From an uncultured Gammaproteobacteria bacterium (GTDB lineage Bacteria; Patescibacteriota; Patescibacteriia; Patescibacteriales; UBA12465): DNA of 64,000 bases. The notes under the pieces were generated by a model. It was not told the DNA's origin and did no database searches. It saw only the letters and a program-made list of their open reading frames with translations. Of the stretch, positions 27,245-35,239 are shown piece after piece; the first letter of the stretch is position 1, and every line of letters starts with the position of its first letter. Both the position numbers and the translations under genes were made by a program. Location of the stretch: NCBI GenBank assembly GCA_964470695.1, contig CAYYDR010000002.1:8401-72400 (forward strand), in the 5' to 3' direction.

Positions 27245-27287
27245 CTAACAAAAATAACTCCACCTGCGTGGAGTTATTTTTGTTAGT
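27245..27287. terminator. 19-bp perfect hairpin terminator after the tRNA-Leu/Val pair
   Basis: CTAACAAAAATAACTCCAC-CTGC-GTGGAGTTATTTTTGTTAG. Confidence 0.75.
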
Positions 27288-27364
27288 GTTAAATTAACTA
27301 GAAGTGAGTTTATTGTTTTGGATAATTAAAAAACCCGTTCTCTTCAGAACAGGCTTTTACTAAA

Positions 27365-28195
27365 TTACAACGCGACTCTTTTCACGCTGGCTAAATAGTT
27401 AATAATGCTTCCCATGGCTAGTGGAATAGAGCACACAAACATTACTTGTGAGGCCAGAGGAAAAATATCGTGCAATGGGCATAGAAATAGCAATCCTCCG
27501 CCGATAAGCTCAAAGACGAGCTTTGTTTTTCCCCAGTAGTTAGCCTGGGTGGCCATTGTAAAAGGTAATTTTTCAGCTATCCATTTTAAGCCGCTGATGA
27601 CTAAAAGAAATGATTCCTGTCTTATTACGGCCCAGAAAGTAAATGATGGCATGTATATTATGCCCATCGTTAAAAATACTGAGGCCAGTAATATTTTGTC
27701 AGCAACCGGATCAAGCTTTTTGCCTAATTCACTAATTTCGTCTAGAGCCCTTGCTGTTGCGCCATCCAGAAGATCTAATAAACTAGCCACAATAAAAGTA
27801 AAAAGGGAAAAGAATAAATATAGAAAGTCTTGGGTTAGATGGTGGATAATTAATAACAGGCTGACTATGACTGCCAACAGGATTCTCAGCAGAGATATCA
27901 AATTAGCAATTGTTCCTGTGTATTTTTTTAGCTTGATGATGGGGATGAATAATTTCTCTATTAGTTTTAATTCCCCAGACTCATACCTTCTCCGCACATC
28001 TTGAGCATATGCTCTTATAGCCGACTCTAGCCAGCTATCTTTAATCTTTTGCTTTGCTTTTCCTATCTTTGGAGAGAATTTGCCAGTTAATTTTTGATAA
28101 AACTCACTCCTTTTTATTATGACTCCGATTATAATTATCATGAGCCATAATATATTTTCCGGTACAGCGTACTCGGCGTATTCATAGTAGCTCAC
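27365..28195 (-). CDS. CDP-alcohol phosphatidyltransferase (PgsA-like) with N-terminal extension
   Basis: 276 aa. The signature D-G-x2-A-R-x8-G-x3-D-x3-D is present as DLLDGATARALDEISELGKKLDPVADK, but it starts near residue 140 rather than about 50. The extra N-terminal part has one TM helix plus a basic amphipathic stretch. Confidence 0.75.
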   Translation of the reverse strand: MSYYEYAEYAVPENILWLMIIIIGVIIKRSEFYQKLTGKFSPKIGKAKQKIKDSWLESAIRAYAQDVRRRYESGELKLIEKLFIPIIKLKKYTGTIANLISLLRILLAVIVSLLLIIHHLTQDFLYLFFSLFTFIVASLLDLLDGATARALDEISELGKKLDPVADKILLASVFLTMGIIYMPSFTFWAVIRQESFLLVISGLKWIAEKLPFTMATQANYWGKTKLVFELIGGGLLFLCPLHDIFPLASQVMFVCSIPLAMGSIINYLASVKRVAL

Positions 28196-28373
28196 AACTC
28201 CTCCTTTTATTATCTATTTATAAAAAATTTAAGGTACAAATTAATATATAAAATTACCTTATTTTTTTTATTTTGTCAATATGGTTATTTTTGTCTAATC
28301 TATCTATAAATTTGACATATTTTGATTATTATAATATTATTTGATATCAATAATGTTCTTTATAATGGACTGG

Positions 28374-28419
28374 ATTGATTAATAAATTCTCCAAATAATT
28401 GAGGAATTTATTAATCAAT
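28374..28419 (+). promoter_or_regulatory. 16-bp perfect inverted repeat in the leader of the 28453 gene
   Basis: ATTGATTAATAAATTC (28374-28389) and GAATTTATTAATCAAT (28404-28419) with a 14-nt spacer, 34 nt upstream of the ATG and just before the SD GGAGGAG. Confidence 0.3.
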
Positions 28420-28452
28420 TCAGTAAAAAATTAAAAATACAGTGGAGGAGTA

Positions 28453-28860
28453 ATGTTAAAAACTAATGAAGCCAGGATACTTTCCTTGGCTAAGTTCGTA
28501 ATTAGGGAGTCTGTGCTACCGGCCTTAATATTTGGCGTGGCTACCGGACTAGGTGTTGGTTTCGGCAATAACGTCATTAGAGGCATATCCGTTGGCCTAA
28601 TAGTGGGGATTGTGTCTGGACCAGCGGTCGGCCTATTAATAAGGTTGAGAATTAACCTTAATTATGATCATAAATTTGGCCTGATCTTTGGCATTTTGTA
28701 CGGAATTATTTTTTCCTGGTCCTATGGAATTATGTTCGGTTCTATATTTGGCGCAGTTTTCTGTCTATTTTTTTCCTTTAGGTACTTATGGGAAAAATTA
28801 TTAGATATCTGGAGTGCCATTAAGCATAAATGGGCTAAAATGTCAGACGCTATTTTTTAA
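28453..28860 (+). CDS. small glycine-zipper membrane protein, unknown function
   Basis: 135 aa. Strong SD (GTGGAGGAGTA-ATG). Four hydrophobic segments rich in GxxxG-type repeats. Confidence 0.5.
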   Translation: MLKTNEARILSLAKFVIRESVLPALIFGVATGLGVGFGNNVIRGISVGLIVGIVSGPAVGLLIRLRINLNYDHKFGLIFGILYGIIFSWSYGIMFGSIFGAVFCLFFSFRYLWEKLLDIWSAIKHKWAKMSDAIF

Positions 28861-28936
28861 CGGTTGAGGGCTTATCATTAAGCCCTCTTTTCATATCTAA
28901 CTTTATTTTTCCCGATAAATAACATAAACTGTAAAT

Positions 28937-29359
28937 ATGAGTAAGGTCATAACTAAAAATGAAGAAGAAACTTTTCGCTTAGGCAAGAAGATGGGGCGAC
29001 AGTGCCTGGGCGGAGAAATTTTTGCGCTTTACGGAAATTTAGGCGCTGGTAAAACTAAGTTTTTACAAGGACTAGCTGATGGTCTGGGGATTAAAGATAA
29101 GGTTAATAGTCCGACTTTTAATATTCTGAAAATCTATAATAGTTCAGGAAAGGCTAAAATTTTTTGTCATGTTGACGCTTATCGCTTAAATTCCGGTCAA
29201 GATTTAGTTAGTCTTGGAATAGAGGAATTTTTTAGTTCACCTAAAACAGTAACGGCTATTGAATGGTCGGAAAAAGTAAAAGATATTATCCCAGTTAGAG
29301 CAAAAAATATTTATCTAAAAGTTGTTTCTGAGAACGAGCGAGAAATACAATTAAATTAA
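28937..29359 (+). CDS. tsaE: tRNA t6A37 biosynthesis ATPase TsaE
   Basis: 140 aa. GNLGAGKTKFLQGLADGLGI P-loop, SPTFNI motif, and HVDAYRL. Confidence 0.85.
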   Translation: MSKVITKNEEETFRLGKKMGRQCLGGEIFALYGNLGAGKTKFLQGLADGLGIKDKVNSPTFNILKIYNSSGKAKIFCHVDAYRLNSGQDLVSLGIEEFFSSPKTVTAIEWSEKVKDIIPVRAKNIYLKVVSENEREIQLN

Positions 29360-29365
29360 TCAATT

Positions 29366-29394
29366 AAAAAATCTCGGCCGGGCCGAGATTTTGT
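29366..29394. terminator. hairpin terminator between tsaE and lspA
   Basis: AAAAAATCTCGGC-cgg-GCCGAGATTTT. Confidence 0.7.
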
Positions 29395-29406
29395 ATATTA
29401 GAGAGA

Positions 29407-29877
29407 CTATTTATTAGTCTTTTTTAGATTTTTTAGTATTAGGATAATGGCTCCGCTGCTAATCATTACGTCAGCTAAATTAAAAACCGTAAAGTAGCGT
29501 AGGGACAAATAATCAATTACGTATCCGTAAGATAAACGGTCAATGATATTGCTAATTGCTCCGGTTATCATAATAGCGAAACAGATTATTTCAAAACGAC
29601 TTACTTTATTCTTGGTGATTAAGTAGGTTAGATAGGATAGTAAGGCAATAATTAAGATAATTATTAAAATATTTAGTAGCTGGCCGCTGAGTGGTATAGA
29701 AAAAGCGATATAGTAGTTCGGGGCGAAATGGAAAGTAAAAATATCTTTTAATATTGATATATCTTTTGAGGATAATATTAGGGCGGCTTGTTTGAGGGTC
29801 CTGTCAATTATAAAAAACATAGCTATCGCCAGGGCAATAGCTATGTTATAAATAGTATTTTTGGTCAGTTTATTCAT
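29407..29877 (-). CDS. lspA: lipoprotein signal peptidase II
   Basis: 156 aa with four TM helices. Conserved NIIDRLSYGYVIDYL and FNLADVMIS Asp-containing motifs. Confidence 0.85.
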   Translation of the reverse strand: MNKLTKNTIYNIAIALAIAMFFIIDRTLKQAALILSSKDISILKDIFTFHFAPNYYIAFSIPLSGQLLNILIIILIIALLSYLTYLITKNKVSRFEIICFAIMITGAISNIIDRLSYGYVIDYLSLRYFTVFNLADVMISSGAIILILKNLKKTNK

Positions 29878-30253
29878 TTTCTTGTAATTCCGTTTTGCAG
29901 CTTACGCAAGAATTCGCGGTGGGCCTAGCTAATAGACGTTTTTCCGCGATAGGATTGTCACAATATTTGCAACGGCCGTAATTACCCTTTTTAATGCGGT
30001 CCAGGGCATTATTAATATCAACTAAACTCTTTTCTAAAACTTTCTCGGCCATCATGTTAGTCGTGTAGTCATTTATCTCCTGAGCATTTTCATCTGGCTT
30101 GTCGCCATATTCGGGAAATTTGGAAGTTCTATCATCATTTTCATGCTCATCATGGCGCGATATACCAGACAAATCTTCCATGATTTGTTTCTTTTGACCT
30201 AATAATTGTTTTTCTATTGTTTTGACTGTTTTCTGGTCTATCTCTTTATCCAT
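29870..30253 (-). CDS. DksA/TraR-family C4 zinc-finger protein
   Basis: 127 aa. Coiled-coil N-terminal part and C-terminal CKYCDNPI...(17 aa)...CVSCK. Overlaps the lspA start by 8 nt. Confidence 0.75.
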   Translation of the reverse strand: MDKEIDQKTVKTIEKQLLGQKKQIMEDLSGISRHDEHENDDRTSKFPEYGDKPDENAQEINDYTTNMMAEKVLEKSLVDINNALDRIKKGNYGRCKYCDNPIAEKRLLARPTANSCVSCKTELQENE

Positions 30254-30435
30254 ATTAGTGTAAATTAAAAAAACTAGATAAAATGTAGTTTTCTGATAAA
30301 ATTATAGGGTATTTAGCAATTTTTAGCAAGTTTTTAGGCTCTTTTATGGTTATTTAGCATTTTTGACAAGATTAAATCTTTTTGCTATGCTTTTTTTGTG
30401 GCTAAATAGGAAATGGCCATTTTTTAAGACTTATT

Positions 30436-30509
30436 GGAGTGGTAGCTCAGTTGGTTAGAGCGTCTGCCTGTCACGCAGAAGGTCGCGGGTTCGAGCCCCG
30501 TCCATTCCG
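30436..30509 (+). tRNA. tRNA-Asp(GUC)
   Basis: GGAGTGGTAGCTCAGTTGGTTAGAGC..., anticodon stem TCTGC/GCAGA with loop CTGTCAC (anticodon GTC), T arm GCGGGTTCGAGCCCCGT. Confidence 0.9.
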
Positions 30510-30635
30510 CTAGAAAAATCAACCCAACCTGCGTTGGGTTGATTTTTTGTATGTCAGCAAGACGGGGCGAGAAAGGCGAGCCGATGCGCACTTGTGCGCC
30601 GGCGAGCCCCGGGTAATGAGCCCCGTCCATTCCGC
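30493..30635 (+). repeat. 18-bp direct repeat of the tRNA-Asp 3' end bracketing a 107-bp insert
   Basis: GAGCCCCGTCCATTCCGC occurs at 30493-30510 (T-arm/acceptor of tRNA-Asp) and again at 30618-30635. The sequence between holds the terminator hairpin plus a stretch of about 60 bp that is visibly much more GC-rich than its surroundings. Confidence 0.8.
30514..30548. terminator. 15-bp perfect hairpin terminator after tRNA-Asp
   Basis: AAAAATCAACCCAAC-CTGC-GTTGGGTTGATTTTT. Confidence 0.75.
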
Positions 30636-30636
30636 C

Positions 30637-30674
30637 AATTAAAACAACCTGCCTCGTGGCAGGTTGTTTTAATT
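30637..30674. terminator. 17-bp perfect hairpin after the second repeat copy, facing the 3' end of tRNA-Arg
   Basis: AATTAAAACAACCTGCC-tcgt-GGCAGGTTGTTTTAATT. Confidence 0.65.
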
Positions 30675-30688
30675 TGAGTTTACTTTTG

Positions 30689-30760
30689 TGCCTCCAGGGG
30701 GAATTGAACCCTCATCTTGAGATCCGGAATCTCACGTTCTATCCGTTGAACTATAGAGGC
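30689..30760 (-). tRNA. tRNA-Arg(CCG)
   Basis: The reverse complement is GCCTCTATAGTTCAACGGATAGAAC... Anticodon stem TGAGA/TCTCA with loop TTCCGGA (anticodon CCG), T arm GAGGGTTCAATTCCCCC. Confidence 0.88.
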
Positions 30761-30787
30761 CGCTAATTACTTGTTTTCCTTTAAATG

Positions 30788-30875
30788 CGGAGAGGGGGAG
30801 ATTCGAACTCCCGAAGGACTTTCGCCCTTGCCGCTTTTCGAGAGCGGTGCATTCAACCAGCTCTGCCACCTCTCC
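30788..30875 (-). tRNA. tRNA-Ser(CGA)
   Basis: The reverse complement is GGAGAGGTGGCAGAGCTGGTTGAATGC... Anticodon stem CCGCT/AGCGG with loop CTCGAAA (anticodon CGA), long variable arm, T arm GGGAGTTCGAATCTCCC. Confidence 0.88.
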
Positions 30876-30880
30876 CCTGG

Positions 30881-31198
30881 CTATTTCATCAAGAATAGAG
30901 CAGTAAATGATAATAATAATAAAACAAATAAACTGAATCCCGTATAAATAAGTAGTCTTACCCCTTCTTTTTTAAGACCGTCTAAATATAGAAGTATTGG
31001 TTTGCCAAGAACTAGACTGCTAGTTACCAGGGCTGATAAGACAAAGAGCATCAAAAAAACAATTGGACTAATGAATTTATCATCAACTGATCCAAACATT
31101 TTTTCGGCATTGTTCATAAACAAGGAAACCAGGGAAATGTAGGCTAGTACTCCTAAAGAATTTAAAATAGATCGTTTTATTAAGGCAGAGTTGTTCAT
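30881..31198 (-). CDS. small membrane protein, unknown function
   Basis: 105 aa with three hydrophobic helices. Confidence 0.45.
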   Translation of the reverse strand: MNNSALIKRSILNSLGVLAYISLVSLFMNNAEKMFGSVDDKFISPIVFLMLFVLSALVTSSLVLGKPILLYLDGLKKEGVRLLIYTGFSLFVLLLLSFTALFLMK

Positions 31199-31210
31199 AT
31201 ATTTTATTAA

Positions 31211-31924
31211 TTATTTAATTAGTCTATTAATTTCTTCGGCGGTTAAATTGGCCCAGGCTCCTTCAGGCAGGCGGTCTAATTTTATGCCCGCGAAATCAAT
31301 TCGTTTTAAATCCGAGACGGTAAAGCCTAAAGTGCCCAACATCCGTCGTATCTGTCTTTTTTTCCCCTCGCTTAAGGTTATTATAAAAGATTTAGTTTGT
31401 AAATACTGGGCCGATTTAGCTTTAACCAGGCCGTCTCCTTCGCCGATATCAACGCCGGATACTAGGCGCTTGCAAATGGCAAATCCATCGCCGGCCTCTT
31501 CTTTTATTTTTACTTCGTAAATTTTATCATGCTGGAATTTAGGGTGGGTAAGTTTTTGAGTCAGTCCGCCGTCATTAGTGAGGAGGATTAAGCCATGGCT
31601 GCCTTTATCTAGTCGGCCGATAGCAAATAGCCTATCTTTAATATCAACTAAATCAAAAATATTCTCCTCGCCTTTAAAGCGGCGGTTAGTGCAGGTGTAG
31701 CCGACCGGCTTGTTTAGTTTAATATATATTTTGGCGATGGCGGGATTTAATTCTCGGCCCCTAATACTTACCCTATCTAAAGCCGGATCGGCCCGTTCGC
31801 CAATAAAAGCTAATTGCCCATTAATTTCTACCTGGCCGTCCCTAATTAGTTCCTCGGCTTGCCGTCTGGAAGAATAGCCACTATCGGCAATAAATTTCTG
31901 TAAAACTATTTTCATAAGTATCAA
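31211..31924 (-). CDS. RsuA/RluB-family pseudouridine synthase
   Basis: 237 aa. N-terminal S4 domain (LQKFIADSGYSSRRQAEELIRDGQVEING) and the catalytic motif GRLDKGSHGLILLTNDG. Confidence 0.85.
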   Translation of the reverse strand: MILMKIVLQKFIADSGYSSRRQAEELIRDGQVEINGQLAFIGERADPALDRVSIRGRELNPAIAKIYIKLNKPVGYTCTNRRFKGEENIFDLVDIKDRLFAIGRLDKGSHGLILLTNDGGLTQKLTHPKFQHDKIYEVKIKEEAGDGFAICKRLVSGVDIGEGDGLVKAKSAQYLQTKSFIITLSEGKKRQIRRMLGTLGFTVSDLKRIDFAGIKLDRLPEGAWANLTAEEINRLIK

Positions 31925-31935
31925 ATTTTTATTGA

Positions 31936-33342
31936 TTAATTTTGGAGGCTGTTTTTTTCTCTCTGGTTAATTATATTTAAGAACCCTAACAGAGCTAGTA
32001 GGATCCAGAACATAGCCGATAAATCATTTTTAAAATAAGGAACGTCAACTAAGCCGTGTACAACGATAGCTATCATCGCAGAGAATAACCCCAAAATTAA
32101 ATATTTATCATTGGTTCCATTATTGTTTAATTTTTTAGTTAGCTGCCAGGCTGACCATAGGTAGCGCATAATCAGCCAAATAAATACTAAGGCCCCTAGT
32201 AGGCCTAACTCTGTCCAAAAATTTAGAAAAATATTATGAGGGTACATATATATTTCTACGGGCTGCCAATACTTGGTGCGCAAAGTAGAGCTAGCGTAAG
32301 TGATGGTGCCAAAATTTTCTAAGTTATCTCTGTTAAAAAATATTCCTTCCTGATGGTAGGGTTTTATAGCTGATTGATATTGGCTTAATCCAGCGCCCGT
32401 AATTAAACGGCCGTTCTTTAACATCTGTCCGGTTTCTTTCCATTGCTGCAGCCTGATTTGGCCCGATAAATCTTGCAGACTTAACTTAGTCATCACCAAA
32501 TTTTTGGCCGGTGTATTTAGAAAAATGCCGGCGGTTATAATAATGCCAGCCGTAATAACGATTAGTCTCGGTTTTTTACCTGCTAGTAATCCAAAAACCA
32601 ATAAGGCGGCGGCAACTCCAATTAGGGCCCCTTCAGAATGAGCGGCGTAAATAGCTGATAGAGAGATTATGATAGTCAGAGAGATAAATAATTTTTCTGG
32701 GTATTTGTCTTTGATATTTTTCCAATTATAAGACATAAGCCAGCCGCTAAATAATATTGTCAGTGGTGCGAGGTAGAGACCAACAGCGTTTGGATAACCG
32801 AAAAAAGAAACCGCCCGCCGCGTTTCCTCGGCCGCCCAAAATGGATTAGAAATAAAAAGGCCGGTTATTTTTTGAAATAAGGCAAAAATAGATACGGCGG
32901 CCGCAGAGATAAGAAGCGCCCACCAGATTTTTTTTAGCTCAGCTTTATTTTTAAAAACATTAAAGATTAAAAGGAATAGTAGTATTGGTTCAAAAAAATA
33001 AGCTTTCCATACACCCAGAGCACTGGCACTAAATCCGGCCGTCCAGACCGCCGCCCAAGAAACTATTAAGACTAGAATAACTTCCCAGGAGAATGGGTAA
33101 TAAACTTTATTGTTAGGGCGTTTAAATATTTCTTTAAATTGGGGGAGAAAATTTTTAATTGTCCAGGCAGTGAAATTAATCAGAATCATGGCTTCTAATA
33201 AGGTGAAAGGCAGCCCAAAGATTTTGAAACGAATTAAATAGGTCGGCAGTGAAGCTATTAGTAATAAAAGAGCCCAGTCTAAGCGCTTGAAGGCTAAGAC
33301 TGTAAATCCAACGATAAAAATAAATAAAGCCACGGTTGTCAT
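31936..33342 (-). CDS. O-antigen ligase (Wzy_C) family membrane protein
   Basis: 468 aa with at least 10 TM helices. Wzy_C-type motif YPHNIFLNFWTELGLLGALVF following a periplasmic loop. Confidence 0.7.
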   Translation of the reverse strand: MTTVALFIFIVGFTVLAFKRLDWALLLLIASLPTYLIRFKIFGLPFTLLEAMILINFTAWTIKNFLPQFKEIFKRPNNKVYYPFSWEVILVLIVSWAAVWTAGFSASALGVWKAYFFEPILLFLLIFNVFKNKAELKKIWWALLISAAAVSIFALFQKITGLFISNPFWAAEETRRAVSFFGYPNAVGLYLAPLTILFSGWLMSYNWKNIKDKYPEKLFISLTIIISLSAIYAAHSEGALIGVAAALLVFGLLAGKKPRLIVITAGIIITAGIFLNTPAKNLVMTKLSLQDLSGQIRLQQWKETGQMLKNGRLITGAGLSQYQSAIKPYHQEGIFFNRDNLENFGTITYASSTLRTKYWQPVEIYMYPHNIFLNFWTELGLLGALVFIWLIMRYLWSAWQLTKKLNNNGTNDKYLILGLFSAMIAIVVHGLVDVPYFKNDLSAMFWILLALLGFLNIINQREKNSLQN

Positions 33343-33397
33343 AGGTAGTTAATTAAGCACTAATATTATATCATCAGGCCGAGAAAGGGACAAAGTA

Positions 33398-33430
33398 ACA
33401 AAAAACCGCCCCCGTCTTAAGGGGGCGGTT
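33398..33430 (-). terminator. terminator after efp
   Basis: AACCGCCCCC-gtcttaa-GGGGGCGGTT with an A-run on the plus strand (a T-run on the minus strand). Confidence 0.8.
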
Positions 33431-33434
33431 AAAG

Positions 33435-33998
33435 CTAATTAGCTCTTTCTACGTATTCGCCGGTGTCAGTATTGATTCTTATCACATCCCCTTCATTAAT
33501 AAACATGGGAACGTTTATCTTAGCACCAGTTTCTATTTCTACTTGCTTGTTAACATTGCCGGCAGAATTGCCCTTAACTCCCGGAGGAGCACTCACGACT
33601 TTAAATTCCATTTTAATTGGCAGGCTAATAGAGACTGGCCGGCTTTCAAAATATAAGACGTCAACGTCAACGCCCTCTTTTAGAAATTGATGGGCCGATT
33701 CGCCGATCTCCTCTAGGGGAAGGTTGAATTGTTCAAAGCTAGCATTGTCCATAAAGTAGGCTTCATCTTTATCTTTATACATGAAGTTAGCTTTTTTGGT
33801 TTCAGTCTCGGCTTCTTCCTCTTTTTCCGCTCCTTGGTAGGTTCTCTCTAAAATATTGCCGTTAATTAAGTTGCGGCATTTTACTTTTAGAACCGCCCCG
33901 CCCCTGCCCATCTTATGATGATCAGTCTTAATGATTATGTAAGGCTCGCTATTCACTTTAATAACGCGGCCAGTTTTTATTTCGTTAAAATTCAACAT
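33435..33998 (-). CDS. efp: elongation factor P
   Basis: 187 aa. N-terminal FNEIKTGRVIKVNSEPYIII...HHKMGRGGAVLKVKCRNL, the EF-P KOW-like domain pattern. Confidence 0.9.
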   Translation of the reverse strand: MLNFNEIKTGRVIKVNSEPYIIIKTDHHKMGRGGAVLKVKCRNLINGNILERTYQGAEKEEEAETETKKANFMYKDKDEAYFMDNASFEQFNLPLEEIGESAHQFLKEGVDVDVLYFESRPVSISLPIKMEFKVVSAPPGVKGNSAGNVNKQVEIETGAKINVPMFINEGDVIRINTDTGEYVERAN

Positions 33999-34007
33999 AG
34001 GCGTCGG

Positions 34008-34220
34008 TTATTTATGAGTTGGAGATAAAAGGGCCATTACGCGAGAACGTTTAATGGCATCGGCTAGTTTTCTTTGGTGCCAAGAGCAGACGCCAGTTCT
34101 AGCTCCCGGTAAAATTTTCATATAGAAATTGACGAAGCGGCGTAGAGTGCGCGTGTCTTTATAGTCAACGTCTAAATTATTAACACAGAAATAACATTCT
34201 TTAGCTTTTTTGTTGGTCAT
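34008..34220 (-). CDS. rpsR: 30S ribosomal protein S18
   Basis: 70 aa. CYFC...DYKDTRTLRRFV...ILPGARTGVCSWHQRKLADAIKRSRVMALL. Confidence 0.9.
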   Translation of the reverse strand: MTNKKAKECYFCVNNLDVDYKDTRTLRRFVNFYMKILPGARTGVCSWHQRKLADAIKRSRVMALLSPTHK

Positions 34221-34236
34221 AATTTTATTATTTTAT

Positions 34237-34689
34237 TTAGAAAGGGATATTTTCAACGCGGATTTCTTCATCGTCCATAGGTTCCTCGGGAATTTCTATG
34301 GTCGGCTCGCTAGATGATGCGCCGCGTGGGCTGGAAAAATTATCATTCATTCCCGCTCCGCCTTTATTATCTAGCATGATCATGTTTTCGGCGACTATTT
34401 CCGTTCGGTAACGCTTAACGCCGGCGTTATCAGTCCAGTCGGTAGTTTGCAAGCGTCCTTCAATATATACTTTAGAGCCTTTGTGTAAATATTTAGCACA
34501 AATTTCCGCTAATTTGCGCCAGGCGCTAATATTATGAAATTCAGTTTTCTTTTGTTGTTGGCCGCTTTGATCTGTCCAAACTAAGTTAGTAGCGATGGAA
34601 AAAGATACCACGCTTTGTCCCGTCGCTGTATTTCTCAGCTCTGGGTCACGGGTTAAATTTCCGATAAGCATTGCTTTGTTTAGATTCAT
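34237..34689 (-). CDS. ssb: single-stranded DNA-binding protein
   Basis: 150 aa. OB-fold N-terminus (MNLNKAMLIGNLTRDPELR), Gly-rich linker, and acidic tip ending ..VENIPF. Confidence 0.9.
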   Translation of the reverse strand: MNLNKAMLIGNLTRDPELRNTATGQSVVSFSIATNLVWTDQSGQQQKKTEFHNISAWRKLAEICAKYLHKGSKVYIEGRLQTTDWTDNAGVKRYRTEIVAENMIMLDNKGGAGMNDNFSSPRGASSSEPTIEIPEEPMDDEEIRVENIPF

Positions 34690-34723
34690 ATTTTTGGACT
34701 AGCTCATTTTTGAGCTCTCGTTA

Positions 34724-35239
34724 TTAAATTAAATCTTTGGCACTAAGGATGCCTTCTAATTTTTCGTCCAAGTCTTTTAGGTCTACTCTCTTGTCGCCAA
34801 CCGTTTTGGCCGCTACTTCAGATTTGGACGCAGTTTTTGTTTTTTCTTCTAACTTTTTTCCTTCAGCGGCTTTTTTAGAATCGATTTTAGCGCGGATTTT
34901 ATTCTCTTTAGCAATTTCTTTTTCAGTTTTAGCTTTTTTGACAATTATTTGATGGCGCAGGACATCAGCGGATAGGCGGAGGTCCTTATCGATCTTGGCC
35001 AACTTGGCTCCTTCTAGATCAAATTCAAATAGGCCGTAATACCCAAAAGCATTGTGTTTTATCTCGTAAGCTAAGCGCTTTTTCCCCCAGTATTCACGTA
35101 GGGTGATTTCCCCGCCACCCGCAGTAATGGTTTTTTCAACTTGGCCGGCGATGGTTTTAGCTTCATCGTCGGTGAATTTGTTGGGAACGATAAATAAAAT
35201 TTCGTAATGGGTCGCTCCGGATGTTTTGGTTTTTGACAT
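34724..35239 (-). CDS. rpsF: 30S ribosomal protein S6 with Lys-rich C-terminal extension
   Basis: 171 aa. HYEILFIV...GGGEITLREYWGKKRLAYEIK core. Sits in the classic rpsF-ssb-rpsR order. Confidence 0.88.
   Translation of the reverse strand: MSKTKTSGATHYEILFIVPNKFTDDEAKTIAGQVEKTITAGGGEITLREYWGKKRLAYEIKHNAFGYYGLFEFDLEGAKLAKIDKDLRLSADVLRHQIIVKKAKTEKEIAKENKIRAKIDSKKAAEGKKLEEKTKTASKSEVAAKTVGDKRVDLKDLDEKLEGILSAKDLI

Noticed and set aside
30551-30616. 21-codon ORF (MSARRGEKGEPMRTCAPASPG*) inside the GC-rich insert
   Set aside because: It has no ribosome-binding site and starts directly after a terminator T-run. Its length and composition are consistent with chance in GC-rich DNA.
30424-30630. 68-aa minus-strand ORF across tRNA-Asp and the GC-rich insert
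   Set aside because: It is the antisense translation of a tRNA gene (..EWTGLEPATFCVTGRRSNQLSYH.., typical of tRNA-antisense artefacts). It has no SD, and it spans a terminator hairpin.
31191-31520. 109-aa plus-strand ORF antisense to the pseudouridine synthase gene, and the similar antisense ORFs inside ppsA, smc, uvrA, pilB-like, acd and glyQS listed in the track
   Set aside because: All are nested within genes that have strong family motifs on the other strand. None has an SD or a recognisable domain.
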